Source: Pavona decussata
Taxonomy: Eukaryota
Direction of reading: 5' to 3'
DNA length: 64,000 nucleotides
Assembly: GCA_977016875.1 (NCBI GenBank)
Contig: CDRNST010000013.1
Coordinates: 1,736,001-1,800,000 of the forward strand
Both the position numbers and the translations under genes were made by a program. Below the pieces are notes generated by a model. The model made no database searches. It was not told the origin of the DNA and was given only the letters and a program-made list of their open reading frames with translations. The first letter of the stretch is position 1. Each line of letters starts with the position of its first letter. This document shows, in pieces, positions 1-13,369 of the stretch.

Positions 1-676
1 GCAACAAACATCTGCTGAAACTGTTGCATTTGATTCTGTTGCTGCTGGACTTGCTGGGCCATCATTTGTATCATATCTTGATGTTGCTTTTGAGCCTCAT
101 CGTGCCTTCTACTCTCAACTTCCAGGCGCTGCTTGTGCAAATTCAATTCTTCAGTTTTCCACTTCTGAACCATATCATTTTTCTCACGTAGATATGACAC
201 TGTGTCCCCACCACTCCTCCTAGTGACTTTTGGCTTAGGTCGCACATTCTCCACATCCTTGACTTCATCACTCTCCTCAGTGTTGAACGCATGCTTTCCA
301 TTGCCCTATTCCGCATCTCCACAGCTTTAGCATTATCTGCTTTTTTCTTTTCAATTTCCTTTGTGTTGTAAGCATCAGCTTCCTTTTCCAGTATTTCATC
401 CAAAGCTTTCTCAACATCACTCATGTTGGTCTCGATACCGCTGGCCTTCTCCTCCTCTTTTAACTTTTTCTTTTTTAATTTTTCAATGAGTAACATGTAA
501 CGCTCTCTCACCGAGCGCTTGGTAACTTTAAATCGTGGAAGTTCCAAGGAGTTAAGATTATTGGCAATCTGATCCCAGATTTGTCCTCTTGCAATGCTTC
601 CCTTTTTAGCTTTGAAGGGTTCTAGAGCCAGAATTTCTTGACAAAGAGAGTGGTCGTGATCTTCTGTCCACTCCAT
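1..676 (-). pseudogene. Myb/SANT-like DNA-binding protein (Harbinger accessory type), frameshifted
   Basis: ORF 143..676 has W-x-x-x-x-D...IW..IA..LN...RSVRERY. After a frameshift near 270 another frame reads RRSGGDTVSYLREKN and a Gln-rich tail with stops. Confidence 0.7.
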
Positions 677-1964
677 GTTAGATCTACATTTTGAGAAAGT
701 AAGATATGCAGATTTTAAAATACAGTAAAAGCTAATTTAAGAACCTGAAGTTGTCCATGTTAGCCTCAGAAGATTCTCACTGGTGTCTATTGTGAAATTA
801 GGCCATGTGATTTCTTGTTTTCCTGAGAAAAAAATCTTTTTCAATTTGTTGCTGGAGGAAAATTGGCACTGTCCATTGTTTATATGAAATAAGCATATTT
901 ATCATGTCTAAATGTCTGCAATCTTAACTTGCAAATACAAACCATATTTCAAGTTATTCTATTTCTCTCTATGCTTTTAAACCGATGAAATATCAATAAA
1001 ATAAAGCTAAACTACTTTTTAATTTTCCTAAAAGAACACAATAATAATTATAATGCCTAGCCAGATCACTCAGTCTAGAAGGCAATTCTGATTATGTAAG
1101 TTGTACAATGATTACCTGTTTCAAAATTTAGGCTACAACTGGCACTCATGTACAGAGATCTAAACGGAAATTTATGATTAGGTTCTTATATGCGTTATTT
1201 AAGTGTATATGAAATATTTTTGAGTCTGCTACCTTAATTTCATTTCAACAACTTGGAAATGTCTGTAAGTTCAGTTCAGAATTCTCCAGGGCAAATCAGA
1301 GCAGTCTTGTTTGTTTATAAAATTGAAAATGGCATAATCCAGGCGTAAACTTATCATGATAAATGTATTTTTAGCAATTAATTTCTAGCAGCAAATGTAT
1401 GTTGATTTTGTCTGACAAAGCCTTACTGAAAACTCGATTTTGATTAAAATTACTTTCTAAGATAAGGCTTGTTGTTTGACTCGAGAAAAGACGAGTGGAA
1501 TAATCTAGTGAACCACAATATTATACCGGAAGAACTCTACGATATTTTTTTAAAGAAATAAACCAAGAAACAAGAACACTGTAAAACTTACTGGATTGCT
1601 TTCTTTGCCATCGATGACGAACTCGATCGTGAACTGTTCAGAGAAAGGCAAACGAATGAATGTTAATTTTAAATTTTCTTGCACAAATCGTTTGTTTTTG
1701 CTCAGAATTTTCACAGACATCCTCGAATAAGAATAAACCGTCAAAATTTCGAACGAATTTCGCTGAAAATAAGTTTAAATTGTGTTACTTTTATAAAGTT
1801 TACTCACGTTTTAGACGCAACGGCAAAATGGTCGACTTCACGTCACAGACAAGGCCGCAATGGCGGGAAGCTTCACAACAACGTCAGCCGGAAGTAATTC
1901 TGGCAGTAATTTCACTTCCGCTTGCCGTCCCAGACACCCGCCGTCGTCGGATCTTAAGCTCGCT
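1..1964 (-). mobile_element. One end of a PIF/Harbinger-like DNA transposon (continues off the window)
   Basis: Minus-strand terminus AGCGAGCTTAAGATCCGACGACGGCG ending at about 1964 beside a TAA/AAT trinucleotide; Myb/SANT gene inside. Confidence 0.55.
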
Positions 1965-2589
1965 AATAAAGTGCCACGAAGAAATCATCATCAGAAGAAG
2001 AAGAAATCGCTAAAGCATCCTAGAGACTCCCATGACAGTTACTTACTGTCTTAGCTTTTAATATCTACCGGATGCGAGCTAACGCACAAAACAATGGAGA
2101 TACATGTCAGCTCAAACAAATTGATACTTCTCTTTCAGTCCACGAAGCGACAGTTGAAAACAACTGCAAGAGGCTAAAGCTCTCGTAAGCAAGAGACAAC
2201 ATTGATGAACTTTGTAAAAAAAAAAATCCATATATGTGATAAACGAACATCCTGCAATTTCACTGCAGAAAAGTATGAAATCACAAGTTACAAAATCCAC
2301 GGATCCCATGTCTTCATAGATACCATTTATTTAGCGCTGTGATATCTTGCAGTTGATCCGAGCCGGTAAAGCTATAAAAGTGCCACAGAGCTAGCATACC
2401 CAATGGCATGTGAAAAACTTCTCCTAACGGCTCAGAATGATCATTAAGAAAACCTCCATCCAGCATATTTGAGTTTTTCCCTTCATGATCAAGATGAAAA
2501 TCATTAAGCAGAGCTAAGATACGGTTGAAGGCTTTATTAGAAATCTCTTTGCAAACTGCAGGAGTCCAGTCGGCCCGTCAACACTTTTT

Positions 2590-2802
2590 AACACTTGATG
2601 TAGGTATGCAAACCATGATATGACTATGCGAAGTTGGGTGTTTATATTCGAAACTTGGTGAATGTTTATTACACTTGTTGTACTTGCATGCGGATCTTAA
2701 TATGTATTTAAATCTTGTTGCAGACATATGCAAATCTCAACATATGCATACTAATCTTAACATTGATATATGAAACTTGATGTAAATAAATAAATCTTGA
2801 TA
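2590..2802. repeat. About 20-bp periodic array of a degenerate AA(A/T)CTTG core (about 11 copies)
   Basis: Cores near 2590, 2610, 2630, 2650, 2670, 2692, 2710, 2732, 2752, 2773, 2792 with unrelated spacers. Confidence 0.6.
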
Positions 2803-2929
2803 TTTTGTCGCTTTGGACAAGCATAATAACTGCTGATCCCATCCTTGTGAACATATATACTACTTAGAGAGGGTTTGCATGGTGGGAAATAAAAGCGCAA
2901 CTTGTCCTACTCTTTCTCCCGTTACTCTT

Positions 2930-3073
2930 CACTAAAACTCTGCCCTGTGCTTCACTAAAATTCAACCTGTTTTCTCGAGCTCTGTCCTGCTCTTTCTCTC
3001 TTTGTTCTTGACTAAAATTCAGCCTGTTTTCTCGAGCCCTGTCCTGTTCTTTCTCTCGTTGTTCGTCACTCAT
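2930..3073 (-). repeat. 54-bp coding-like tandem repeat (EQREKEQDRARENRLNFS x2 plus a partial copy), possibly a Helitron N-terminal remnant
   Basis: Direct repeat visible in DNA and in ORF 2864..3073; the Helitron link is inference only. Confidence 0.5.
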
Positions 3074-3240
3074 ATTTCGCCTCTTTGCTAGTGCTCTCAG
3101 TCGCTGTCTTTCACATCAAACTTCGGTTATTCTTTGCCGGCTTTCTCGATATCTCTATCTCACTTTTTTTTCTTTCCATGTTTGTACACTTATTCCAGCC
3201 TTCAATATTTGCACTTGTTTATCCCTTTTGATTCCCCTCT

Positions 3241-3262
3241 TTAACCCTTCTGCCCCAGGATC
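3241..3262 (+). mobile_element. Orphan piggyBac-like terminus
   Basis: TTAA followed by CCCTTCTGCCCCAGG; no matching right end found. Confidence 0.3.
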
Positions 3263-3606
3263 CGGTTTTTGTCTCATAAAGCAGCACACTTTGTGAGAGC
3301 AGAAACATTTTGATTCAAAAATTACAAAGTAGTTTCCTTAAAGTTACTGACTCAGTGATTAAACTGGGGTTTACATACATTGAACTCATGCCATTTTTGG
3401 GAGGATAGCATGATCGATTTAAGCGTGAAAAAGTAAACGCAATAATGCATTTTATTTGCCTGGCTGAAAGTATAGGGAGAGGGGAGAGGTAGGTTATTGT
3501 CTCACAACTTGCCCAAAACAAAGGAAGCATGTATGCACATTAATGATTCAATCTTCAGCTGGTAATGCTAACTAAAGCTAATGGTTTCTTTCAGGAAGGT
3601 AAAAAA

Positions 3607-3880
3607 TGGAGGGATTTCTGAGAACAAGGGTCCCATCCGCATTAACACATTCATTTTTGACAATGGATGAACCACTTGTAAGCGAGAGGGTGGACAACGC
3701 ACTAATTTTTGTCATGGTGGAGAAGGATGTACTTTGCGAACGCCAGCCATAGGCACAGCACTCCGTATTTACTTCATCTCTGATTACACTGCTAGAAGTG
3801 TACTCTGCTTTCAACTTGCAGTATGGAGAACCAGAAAAAAACATGTAGAAATTCTTGAAAGAGTACGTCATCGGTGTTGT
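3607..3880 (+). pseudogene. Fragment resembling the C-terminus of SAMD3-like / CACTA-associated proteins
   Basis: Plus frame reads IFVMVEKDVLCE...SLITLLEVYSAFNLQYGEPEKNM*KFLKEYVIGV with in-frame stops. Confidence 0.35.
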
Positions 3881-4349
3881 TTCGAAACAAAAAAGTTGTA
3901 TTAAAACAAACTGAGAATGAACTTTTCAGTCAACATAGGGCAAATACAGCTGCTAGCAGCTGAAGTGCAAAGTATTAAGTTTAAAGCTTTATATACCTTG
4001 GGTTAGACAAATCTATTTTTTTTTTGTTTTTCCACTAACTTGTGCCAATGTCAAAGCTTCAAAAAAATTAAGGATTTGTTGTATCACTCAAGGGTAACTG
4101 GTTGGCTGGTGTGCAATTATGTTTCTTCTCGGTTGATATTTTAAGGTTACAGTCAAGTTTAGTTTACAGTGAATATAGCTCATTTCTTCTAAGAGAGGCA
4201 GCAGTTTTGTAATATAAGTCAAAGTAAAGATTTCTACTGGCTTTTCGTTAACACGTCGATGACTAAGGCTACTGGCGCAAGGAAATGGGAACATGAAATT
4301 CAGTCAGTTAACATTAACTGGTCTTCGTGCTTTAGTTAATTGCAAACAA

Positions 4350-5010
4350 TCTGCAAAGAGTCGAAACTTTAGGAATTTTATTACAAGTTTTTACATAGAA
4401 TTATTGTCACAAAGAGTTGAATCACTTTGGCATTGAGAGTGACCAAGATTGCATATATTGTAACGAAGGTGATTTTATACGCCACACTTTCATTGACTGC
4501 CGCGTTGCAAAATCTTTTCTGGACAATATTATAGAATGGTTCAACAGGGAACATGCTACCTCCTTTTCAGTCTCTATCGAAGAACGTTTATTTGGTAAAT
4601 TAAATAATAGTCAGTTTGCATGCTCAGACATAACCGTGAAAAAGTTAAATTATTGTCTATTAGTTGCTAAATATTATTTATACTGTCAAAAACTAAATAA
4701 GAAACAATTAAAGTTTGATGAAATCAAACAGCGAATTGCCTTCAAATTCCGAATTGAGGGCTTGGCCTAAGTCCCTTTTTTTTTTCTTTCTCTTCTTTTC
4801 CGTTTTGTAAATACCAACATGCTCTTCCTCTGAATAAAGCATAGAAACTATACGGTCTTATGTGTTAGCGTAAGTAATACGTGTTGTGACTTGCGTTTGG
4901 TGTTGTTTTTTTGGTGTCTTTTGGCGAGTGCTGACTATAATTCTAATCAATCTTCACTAGAATTCACTTTTGCTGTATGTCTTATGGTAATTGTGTGTAA
5001 TTTTTTTATA
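4350..5010 (+). mobile_element. 5'-truncated L1/Tx1-clade LINE 3' end (zf-RVT domain plus 3' UTR)
   Basis: YKFLHRIIVT then CIYC...HTFIDC zinc knuckle and LLVAKYYLYC in ORF 4417..4770. Confidence 0.8.
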
Positions 5011-5908
5011 ATAATATCTGTGTCTTTCTAGTTTTGTGTGCCGTGCGATGTGTGTAGAATGTTGTGCATAACATTGAGGAAAAGCACTGCTCGGGCTGGA
5101 CTTGGTTCCTTTTCAGTGGTACACAATTGGTTTCGCTGGAAAAATAAGATCAGGAGTAAGAGCATAATAACCAAATATGGGACAATAATCTTGTGTTTCC
5201 TGCTGAAAAAAAATATTGAAAACACCAACAATAGTTTGCCATTACAAACAAACTGCAAATGTTTAGCAATGACACCTTGCCAGACCACAAAGTCATCAAA
5301 TCGAGCATTGAGTTGACAGCTATTTCGAGGTTGTGTTTCCATTTCTCCCTACTTAATCTATTGTTATCATTGTTTTAATGGCCTCAAATGAGAGAAAATG
5401 CAGTGAGTGTGGAAACAGCTGAACAATTTCTTTTTGAGGTGCTGGTTCTTAGTCAAGAATTAAGTTGTGCAATGCAGGATGGACAATTAGCAAGCGTAAA
5501 TCTACGCAAAAAAAATCACTTGAAATTTGTCACGCCAAAAGACCTACAAAGTGTGATATTTTTCGGGGTTTTCCTTCACCAAAAATCCACGAAGATGAAA
5601 AAAGTGAGTAAGACAGCTACAGCTTTTGAATAAGTGTTTTTTTATTCAAATAATTTATCGAGCTATACACCTCACTGATACTATGGCGTCAGTCCTAGAA
5701 ACGAGGCTGAGAATACCTTATCTACGTACTGCTGAAGCTTTCTTTGTTTAGGAAGGAATGACGGACTACTGTAATTCATTTCAAGTAATGAACAAAAAAT
5801 CCCACCTGAACATATCTCAATGGAAAAATGTTAAATAATACCCTTACTCGTTTCTGTTTAAACAACTACACTCTTTAGTTCTTTAACTTATTACGACAAC
5901 AATTGTTT

Positions 5909-8900
5909 TTAATCGGAGTCAGATTCGGATTCCGAGTCCTTGGAATTGCTGGAAACGTTTAAAAGAACTCCATGCGGATTCCTGCACACTTCAATACTGG
6001 CCATGCAATAACATGCCTCTGAACATGATAAGCCTGTGTTGCTACAAGAGCAGTTGCCCTGACATCCGCCTTTGCATGTGCACGTTGTTAGTTCCAACAG
6101 GCTACTCGGCACTGGCTCTTTCGTCATGTAGACCGGCTTCAGCAAGGGGCCGTCTCGCACCCATCCATTACTTTCAGGCTGTGGGAGATCTTGGATTGGT
6201 GTCCGAGCCTTTCTCCAAACAAACGCTTGATAGTTCGCACGTTTCAAGTGTTGGAGTAAGCTGTCAGATGTGGGCGGAAGCAGCTCGTTCTTTTGCTTTT
6301 TCTGACAAAACAGGACATATCTCAGTTCATCCGCAGTGCGTGGCATCTTCCTGGAGCTTGGGTACAAATCACAAATGAAAGCTTCACATTTGTCAGCAAT
6401 GTCATCACTTAGGCTTGGCTGGAAACCGAGAAGACATAGACTGTCTTGATGCTGTTCGCTTCTTGACAGCAGTTGCCATCCTTTCTTCCTACCAATTCCG
6501 GCAAGGGCGCTAGTTGAGTCGCAGCCAGTAATGGCGTGAAAAGCTAAAAGGGCACGGCACATCTTCTCGCCTAGCTCATGCGATACTGCATGAACTGGAA
6601 CATAACGAAGGCGGTCTTTCACACCAGTTTTGAACCAAAACTCAGCGTAGTTGATAACAGAAAAATGGGCTACGCTGAGAGCGAGAACATCAGTGTCAGG
6701 TGATTGTAAGACAATACGACATTCTTGAGAGTTATCCGCAGCGTACTTGGCATGCAGCATTAACCTGTGAAATGACAATACAAATTAAACAGTGTCAAAT
6801 TTTTATGTTATATCACATATTATTAGAGACTGAATCATTGTATAATGCAATTCCAGGTATTTAATTGACTTAGTGGCCATCGTATATGAACCATTTTATC
6901 ATGCCCGAGAAATAGAGACCATTTAATTGTTTTCTGGTATTAGCACGATTCAAGTGATATAACTTGTTTGTTTTTAATAAAAACATTATTCCAATTACGC
7001 TTGTTAGATATGGGATGATTATCGCCAACTCGGAGCTACGCGTCTCGTTGGCTATCTATCATGGTGATCTCATATGCTCCCGCATTGAATATGCCCTTGC
7101 AATTCAATATGCACTCACAGTTAATTGTTAAAATTAATATGAATGATTCCAATTCATAGAATCACTTTCGAAACTATGTTTCTCACCGAGTGTCTGCTTC
7201 TTCATGGTCTGATTCCAGATCGTTCACGTCTTCACAGTGGCCGCTCCTGACCATCACTGACCGTCTGCCATTCTTGAATCCTCCACCGATGACAAGGGTC
7301 TTGTCTGGAGGAAGCTGCTGTCTTCTCAAGTTGCAAAAAGACTCTGACAGAAAGTCACATAGATTTATCTTGTTCTGCGGTTTAGGAATAAACTTTCCCC
7401 ACTGTTTCGGCACAGGAGTAGATGGTCCATGGATTTTGACCTCCAACGAAGCGCTCAGGGAACCTCTGCGTGCACGTTCTCCTGCTTTTATCGATACATC
7501 CCAGTATTGGTCGAAGACGATGTGAACTTCTTTGCAGTTGGAAAGCGAGACAGTGCTGACCTTGAAGTACTTGGATGCGAGTTCTCCAAACGTACTACTT
7601 CCTGCTGATTTCAATACTTGAACTAAAGCCATACCATCGATGAGATGAATGGTGTCTCGTGGGAAATGTTGGAGTCGTGCGCAAACGTTCACTTTGGCTT
7701 CAATGAGAGCTGCCAGGATGCTCTTGGTCGTCTTTCTTAAGCTGCCATCATGATGTGCCAGGGAAAACGGGATGAGTGAGAGCTCATGGCATAGAACTTC
7801 CTTCAAGTTAATCTGTCTAACGTTAGCAGCGATCAAAAGGCGTCCAAACAGATCTCTGTCAGCTCCGACTGTAACCAGTTTGTCATTGGCTGCCTTAACC
7901 TGAACTTTCTTTGTCGTGACTTCAAAGGTTTTAACTTTGAGCTTTGGGATCGGATCCCAGAAACTGATTTGGTTACTGTTCAATCGTTTTTCTACAAAGG
8001 TGTTCATCTGCTCGCTTCCCTTTTTGGTACTGCTTACTAAACCATCAGCGATATCGACGGGTAAAATGACACCAGTAGCGAAGTTGACTAACGACTCGGT
8101 TTCTTGTGTGAAAGGATTACTCATCAGATCGCTTGTGAAGCAAGAGATAAGCTTCTGAACATCAGCCTCATCGCGTCCTACCCGTTTCGCGGCAGCCTCT
8201 TTATGTACATCTACGCAACCTCGCTCTTGCGTAAACATATCCTTGAGAGCCGTTGTAACTGATGCACGCTCATGACTAGTGAGGAACCATCGATCTAGTG
8301 CACCTGGGTTCTGTGAAATACCAATTATCCCCCCTCTCGACTTAGAATCGGCATTTATGGACTGTTCAAGTGCCATGTCCGTCCACACCTGAGCAAAAGG
8401 CTTACTAGAACGACTAACTGCATGATTGCCATTCACAAATTCTTGATGAACTTCCGGATGCTTGGTGACCAACTGCCTCATGTCTATTATGTACACAGGA
8501 AGCCAGCGCGAGTAGTTTGGCCTGTCCATGGCGAAGAAATATGGGACCATAGCTGAAACACTCAGCAGATGCAACTCCCAATTCCCAGCTCTCTCAGCCT
8601 CGAAGAAATTGCAAAAGCAGCTTAACCATACGCCCATACTCCTCCCAGAAGGCAAACATCTTCGACTTTTCTTTTGATTCGGCTGCTAAATCTTGAAAAA
8701 GCGAAAGTAGCTCTGCAGTTTCTTGTCGCAGCTCCTCCACACTGGCTCGAACTTCTGCCCTCGCTGTTATCGCGCGCCTGCATTCTTCAACTTTGCTTAT
8801 CAAGGCATCCTTATCAACATTACGCTCTTCATCATCACCAGTGTTTCCTGTGTACCAGTCAACAAAAGCGTTCCACATCAATCGAAAAAAAGCCTCCATT

Positions 8901-11145
8901 GCTAGCTTGTGTGCGCGAATTCCTCTATTGTAAGACTTTCCCTTCATCAGCGCTGACGTTGTTCCTGCTGCGTAAACCCCAGACTCGATAAGGTCTTCCA
9001 ATCCAGAACTGTGGAACTTCTTGCCAAGCAATGAGAGGAAATTCAGCGCTATGTGGAATCCCCCAAGCCGAATGACAGTGTTCGAAAACTCCTCCGGAAA
9101 CTTCATTTGAATCTGCTTCACCTTTGCGTAGATAGCAAGGTCAAATGTGATGACGGTGTCGAGCTGTCCAAGACTGGCACAGATCGTCTGGGCATGTTTC
9201 ATAACTGTGTAAACTGTGCTTAGTTCAGTTGACGAGCCTTCGATCATAGGACAGTAGCCAATCTTGCTCACAGAGGGAAGGTCGGGATACAAGATCGAGT
9301 TGAATCCACCCCAGCTTAGAACTGGCTGCACTTCTTGCACGGCAATGCCCGTCTCCATTAAGCTTGCTGGTTTGATACGAAGGAGAGCCCACATGTGGTC
9401 CGTATGGAGAGCGTCAGAAAGGACGCTGCCCTCACCCCTCAACCATTCCATGTCAACTGCGCCGGTATACTGAGTAACTGCAGGTCGTCTTCCGTGAGCT
9501 GAGCATTCTTGCAACTCATAGATACTTCCACTTCTCTTCAAACTACGTCGTCTCTCGGAATGATCTCCAACTATGGTAGGTGGTAGTTCTGGGCCAAACA
9601 CCTTTCTCTGGTACACAACCATGGTTGTGGCATGGGTGGTGTTTTTGCCATCTATCATTTCCTCGTTCAGATCGTTATTATCGGCAGCAAGTTGCAAGAA
9701 GGATCCTGAAGAGATGTTTGATGGGATGACTGTTCCATACGTTTCTACTTTCGGCAATACCTCCGTTGCCAGACTTGTATCAACTGCTAGCAATTCTTCG
9801 TATGACGAACTGTGACCCATTCAGTTTAAGAGGACAACTAGCTGCTTACATCCAGTAAGGTGACGAACCGCCATTGCAAGGCCTATTCGCTTTGGGAGCT
9901 TAACGCGGGCGTTTGATGTGCAGTGGAAAATGTCCTGGGAAATACTCAGAATGCGTCTCTCATCCTCTATCTTGACACAGGGATTTTGGTCGCTCAAAGT
10001 CGTCAACTCCAGTCTCATCGGATGTAATCATTATGCGAACTAGCCAGTACAGACTAGGGGGAATGATTCTTCTCGCTGACTCGAGAGATACATCTTGCGC
10101 GTTAAGGGGTCTTAATGAGATGCCACTGCATTTCCGTATTTCCTCCTTAATCCGCCGTGCTACATTTACAATCTGCTGGGCACTATCTGAAACCTTGCTT
10201 TCTGATCTGATAGCGGAAATCTGTGAAGTAGCAGCAGCATTTAGGACGTCTTGTAGAGATATGATGCTCGAATAGATAACCTCTGGCTTAATCTTGTCAG
10301 GATGCTGGTGGAACACGATGTTTTCTCCGAAGTGCTTCTCAAGTCGATGTTTCAGGTGCTGTTTGCTGTAGCTTTCAGCCTTGATTCCCTTGTCCTCCAG
10401 GCGCTCGCGATATTTCGACAAAAGCGATGACATGTCGTATGCCTTTCCTAGGAAAATACCCTCACTTATTTCGGCTGCCATCTCTTTGAATGTTGTGTCA
10501 TATAATGTTTCTGCTTCCTTTTCTTTAAAGCCCTGATGCTTTAGATTGGATTTGCTGACATATGAAGCAAAACACGTTTTATGATATTTTGCCTCAGCAG
10601 CTATCAGGTCGTTGTTGACTGAGATGAGGACATGTAGCATTTCTTCATCCCCTTTACTTTGTGCTGCCCGTCGAACTGAATCACATGCTTCAAACGTGGA
10701 AACGTTGTACATCTCCCGGCATTTTTTATGTCTTATTTCAACAAATGAAGCACTTGGACCAATCTATAGAGACACAAGCTGAAGATCTTGAAACTCTGCG
10801 TGTTTGCTCATTAGTAGCTCGGCTGTCTTCTTGACTGTGGGTGCTTGTAGCGTATCGTACATTCTGCTCACTAGTATAGGACGAGTAACACGTGGAATGC
10901 CAAAACACATCACGGCTTATGAGATTGGGCAATTCCTCGTGGAGCCTATCGTAAACCTCGTCTTTACGAAAGACGAGTGTTCTTTGTAGATTTTCAATTG
11001 AGAATCTTTTCGCTCTTCGCAGAATTTCCTCTCTATCGAGCTGGCATATAATGCATTTTGGGAATGCAGTCAATCGTCGTCGCTTTGACTCAGGAGGTAG
11101 TGGTATTGTCAAACCAGAGGCGTTATTTTTCTCCTTACTGGCCAT
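5909..11145 (-). pseudogene. Academ transposase of about 1600 aa (DDE core, XPG/PIN-like nuclease, C-terminal Cys cluster); 2 exons, 3 frameshifts, 1 stop
   Basis: Motifs AADNND, ITFDLAIY, RLGGFH, DMALEQSIN; IDGMALVQ, VFDQY, HEEADTR, SPDTDV, HAITGCDSTS; CTCKGGCQGNCSC..CSEACYC. A GT-AG intron at 7186-6765 joins HEEADTR to LMLHAKY in frame. Confidence 0.85.
6986..7092. repeat. Palindromic MITE-like repeat in the Academ intron
   Basis: Imperfect hairpin ...ATATGGGATGATTATCGCCAAC / GTTGGCTATCTATCAT...CTCATAT. Confidence 0.55.
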
Positions 11146-13369
11146 GTAAACCAAACGTACCCTTGAACGAAATAAATTGAAATCTATGACACACAGTCAC
11201 TAAACAGCATTTCATTTTTTGTATCTTACATGAAAAAAGCATTTCAACTTATACATTCTAAGTATCATTATAAGAGTTGCGAATGAAGATTTTTGTTGTA
11301 CGTCAATAGAATCAAAGAAATTAAAACTCTTTCATAATGCCCGAAAATTACTCGATAACGGCTACAAGGATGATGTTAAGAAATTTTGAGTTAGGAATTA
11401 TATATATTTATAAATATGTATTCATAAATAGCTCACACGGGCAAGAAAACGTTTCTTTTAAAATCTTTACTTTAAATATATATTTAAATAAACTAGATAT
11501 ACTTACAGTCAGAGCAGCGAAGTTGTCATGGGCGCCGCCATGTTGGATCATGTGAGCCTCGATCTCAATCCACACAGAAACGAGGTTACGTTTGTCTGTG
11601 TGCAAGCTTGGAGAAAGCTCTCTCGGGAAAAAAACGTTGGGAAATCATTGGCATTTAAACAGAACGAGAATATAATGCATTTTTTTTTATCTATACGTTT
11701 ATCACGTTTGTCTTATTAATATCTGATGGAAGATACACTGCTGTTTCGCTTTAACCCGTCTTCATGTGGGCTTCAACAAGCTAAAGATACTTTTAATTCG
11801 ACATTACAATTGTTGTGGTCAGATACCCTGGCTCAGGTGGTAATTAACCCAATTTCTAATGAAGTAACCGTAATATTCACAAAAAATGTGCGTGCGATAT
11901 TGACGAACTTAATATTTCCCAACAACATCGAGCAAAAATGATCACGTGAGCAGTCACGTGATGTTTATCATTATCGTGTCATGTGTCTTACATATACGTA
12001 ATGTTTGCGAAGTCTCCATCACTATTTAATCACATTCGCTCATTGATTGCGAGCTTAAAGACCGATGTAGATCTCAGCCTCGTTTCCATGCAGAACTGTA
12101 AATTGCGTGACAAAAAAGCCCTGTATTTTGAAACGTATACCACATTTTAACTCTACGAACTACCTAGCATTCATCAGGAGGCCTTTCTCTACCAGAATCA
12201 AGTGTCAGACCTTTTCTGTGGCGATGGTTGAACGAAACTCGCATTTTTTGGTCTTTGCTCCCTGACTATTATTGGTAATTTGTTGCTGTTTTATAAAATG
12301 AAAATACATTTTATTTTATCGATCTGATGGTGGCGATGTGATTTATATTTTCATTTATCTCTTTAAAAGCTTATCCCAGAACTTGCTTTCACGTAAGTAT
12401 CCGAATTTTAGTAGCTTTATTTCGTATATTGAAGCCATTTCATTTTTATACTTTTATCTTAAAGGTATAGGCTTTGGGTGAATGTTTCGGTTCCCAGATT
12501 TGTTCTCAAAGTTCACAGTTGGATTTCTGCATGCAATGTGTACGCGTCGCTTCGATTTCAACTCGAATCTGTGGCAATCAGCTTTGACTTTTTTAAATAT
12601 GTATACGCGTTCGTCGCACACACAAACGAAAAGAAATAGATATTTTCACTCGAACAGAAACAAGGCCTTGGATACTAGTATTAAAATATACATGGGCCTT
12701 TTAAAAGCAAACACATTATGTTCGGCATCAAAATGAACCAGTTTATTTTTAGTCCATGTCATGAGTCCCAGGGGTGGGGAATTGTCTCTTTCTGTGTGCC
12801 CGAGGGTGGGGAATAGGATGTCAAGTACACAAATGCCCAGGGATGGGATGGTAAAAGGTAGAATTGAACCACGCATTACTATTCTGCTGCATGTTTCCTG
12901 CAGTAGTATCTATTTTCGGGTTTTGCACGACAAGCGTTTTGGGCACAGCATCCATTAAATCTGTCACGCTTTGTAAACTCGAGGTGTGGCATACTCAATT
13001 ATTTTTTATCTAAATGTGTTTATTTTTTATCTAAATGTGGGCATGACGAATGAGAATTTAGGGGTGCTGAAACTATGTGAATAGGTGGTCCCATGTCTGC
13101 CCCATTGGGCTACAGTCCCCAAATTTGTCTCCTTTTGCTAAGCATTATGGCTAGTATAGCCTGTATGGATATCACTCACTGCCATTTGATGCTATGGGCA
13201 GTAAAGTAGCTTAATTCCCCTTCCATGACATTTCATAGACCTGCATTTTTTTATATATATATTACCATAAAATGGCGTGTGGTCTTGTTTGCTTTGTCCA
13301 CCTTTTGATACATGAATAGTCCACTTAAAAGAGGGTCAACCGCTGACAAATGCATTGATATGCTCAACA

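Larger units (their letters stand above)
5013..12677 (-). mobile_element. Academ (AcademX-type) DNA transposon, near full length, degenerate
   Basis: Encodes DDE, XPG-like and Cys-rich domains. Perfect 15-bp inverted pair at 5698-5712 / 12072-12086. Right end ...CAAGGCCTTGGATACTA (12677). Weak inverted match 5013-5050 vs 12612-12644; the extreme left end appears lost. Confidence 0.7.

Noticed and set aside
2590-2802. CRISPR-like repeat/spacer array
   Set aside because: Cores are about 8 bp and degenerate, the period is about 20 bp, there are no cas genes, and the context is eukaryotic.
6013-10989. Plus-strand ORFs overlapping the Academ gene
   Set aside because: Antisense shadows of the real reading frame, with no motifs.
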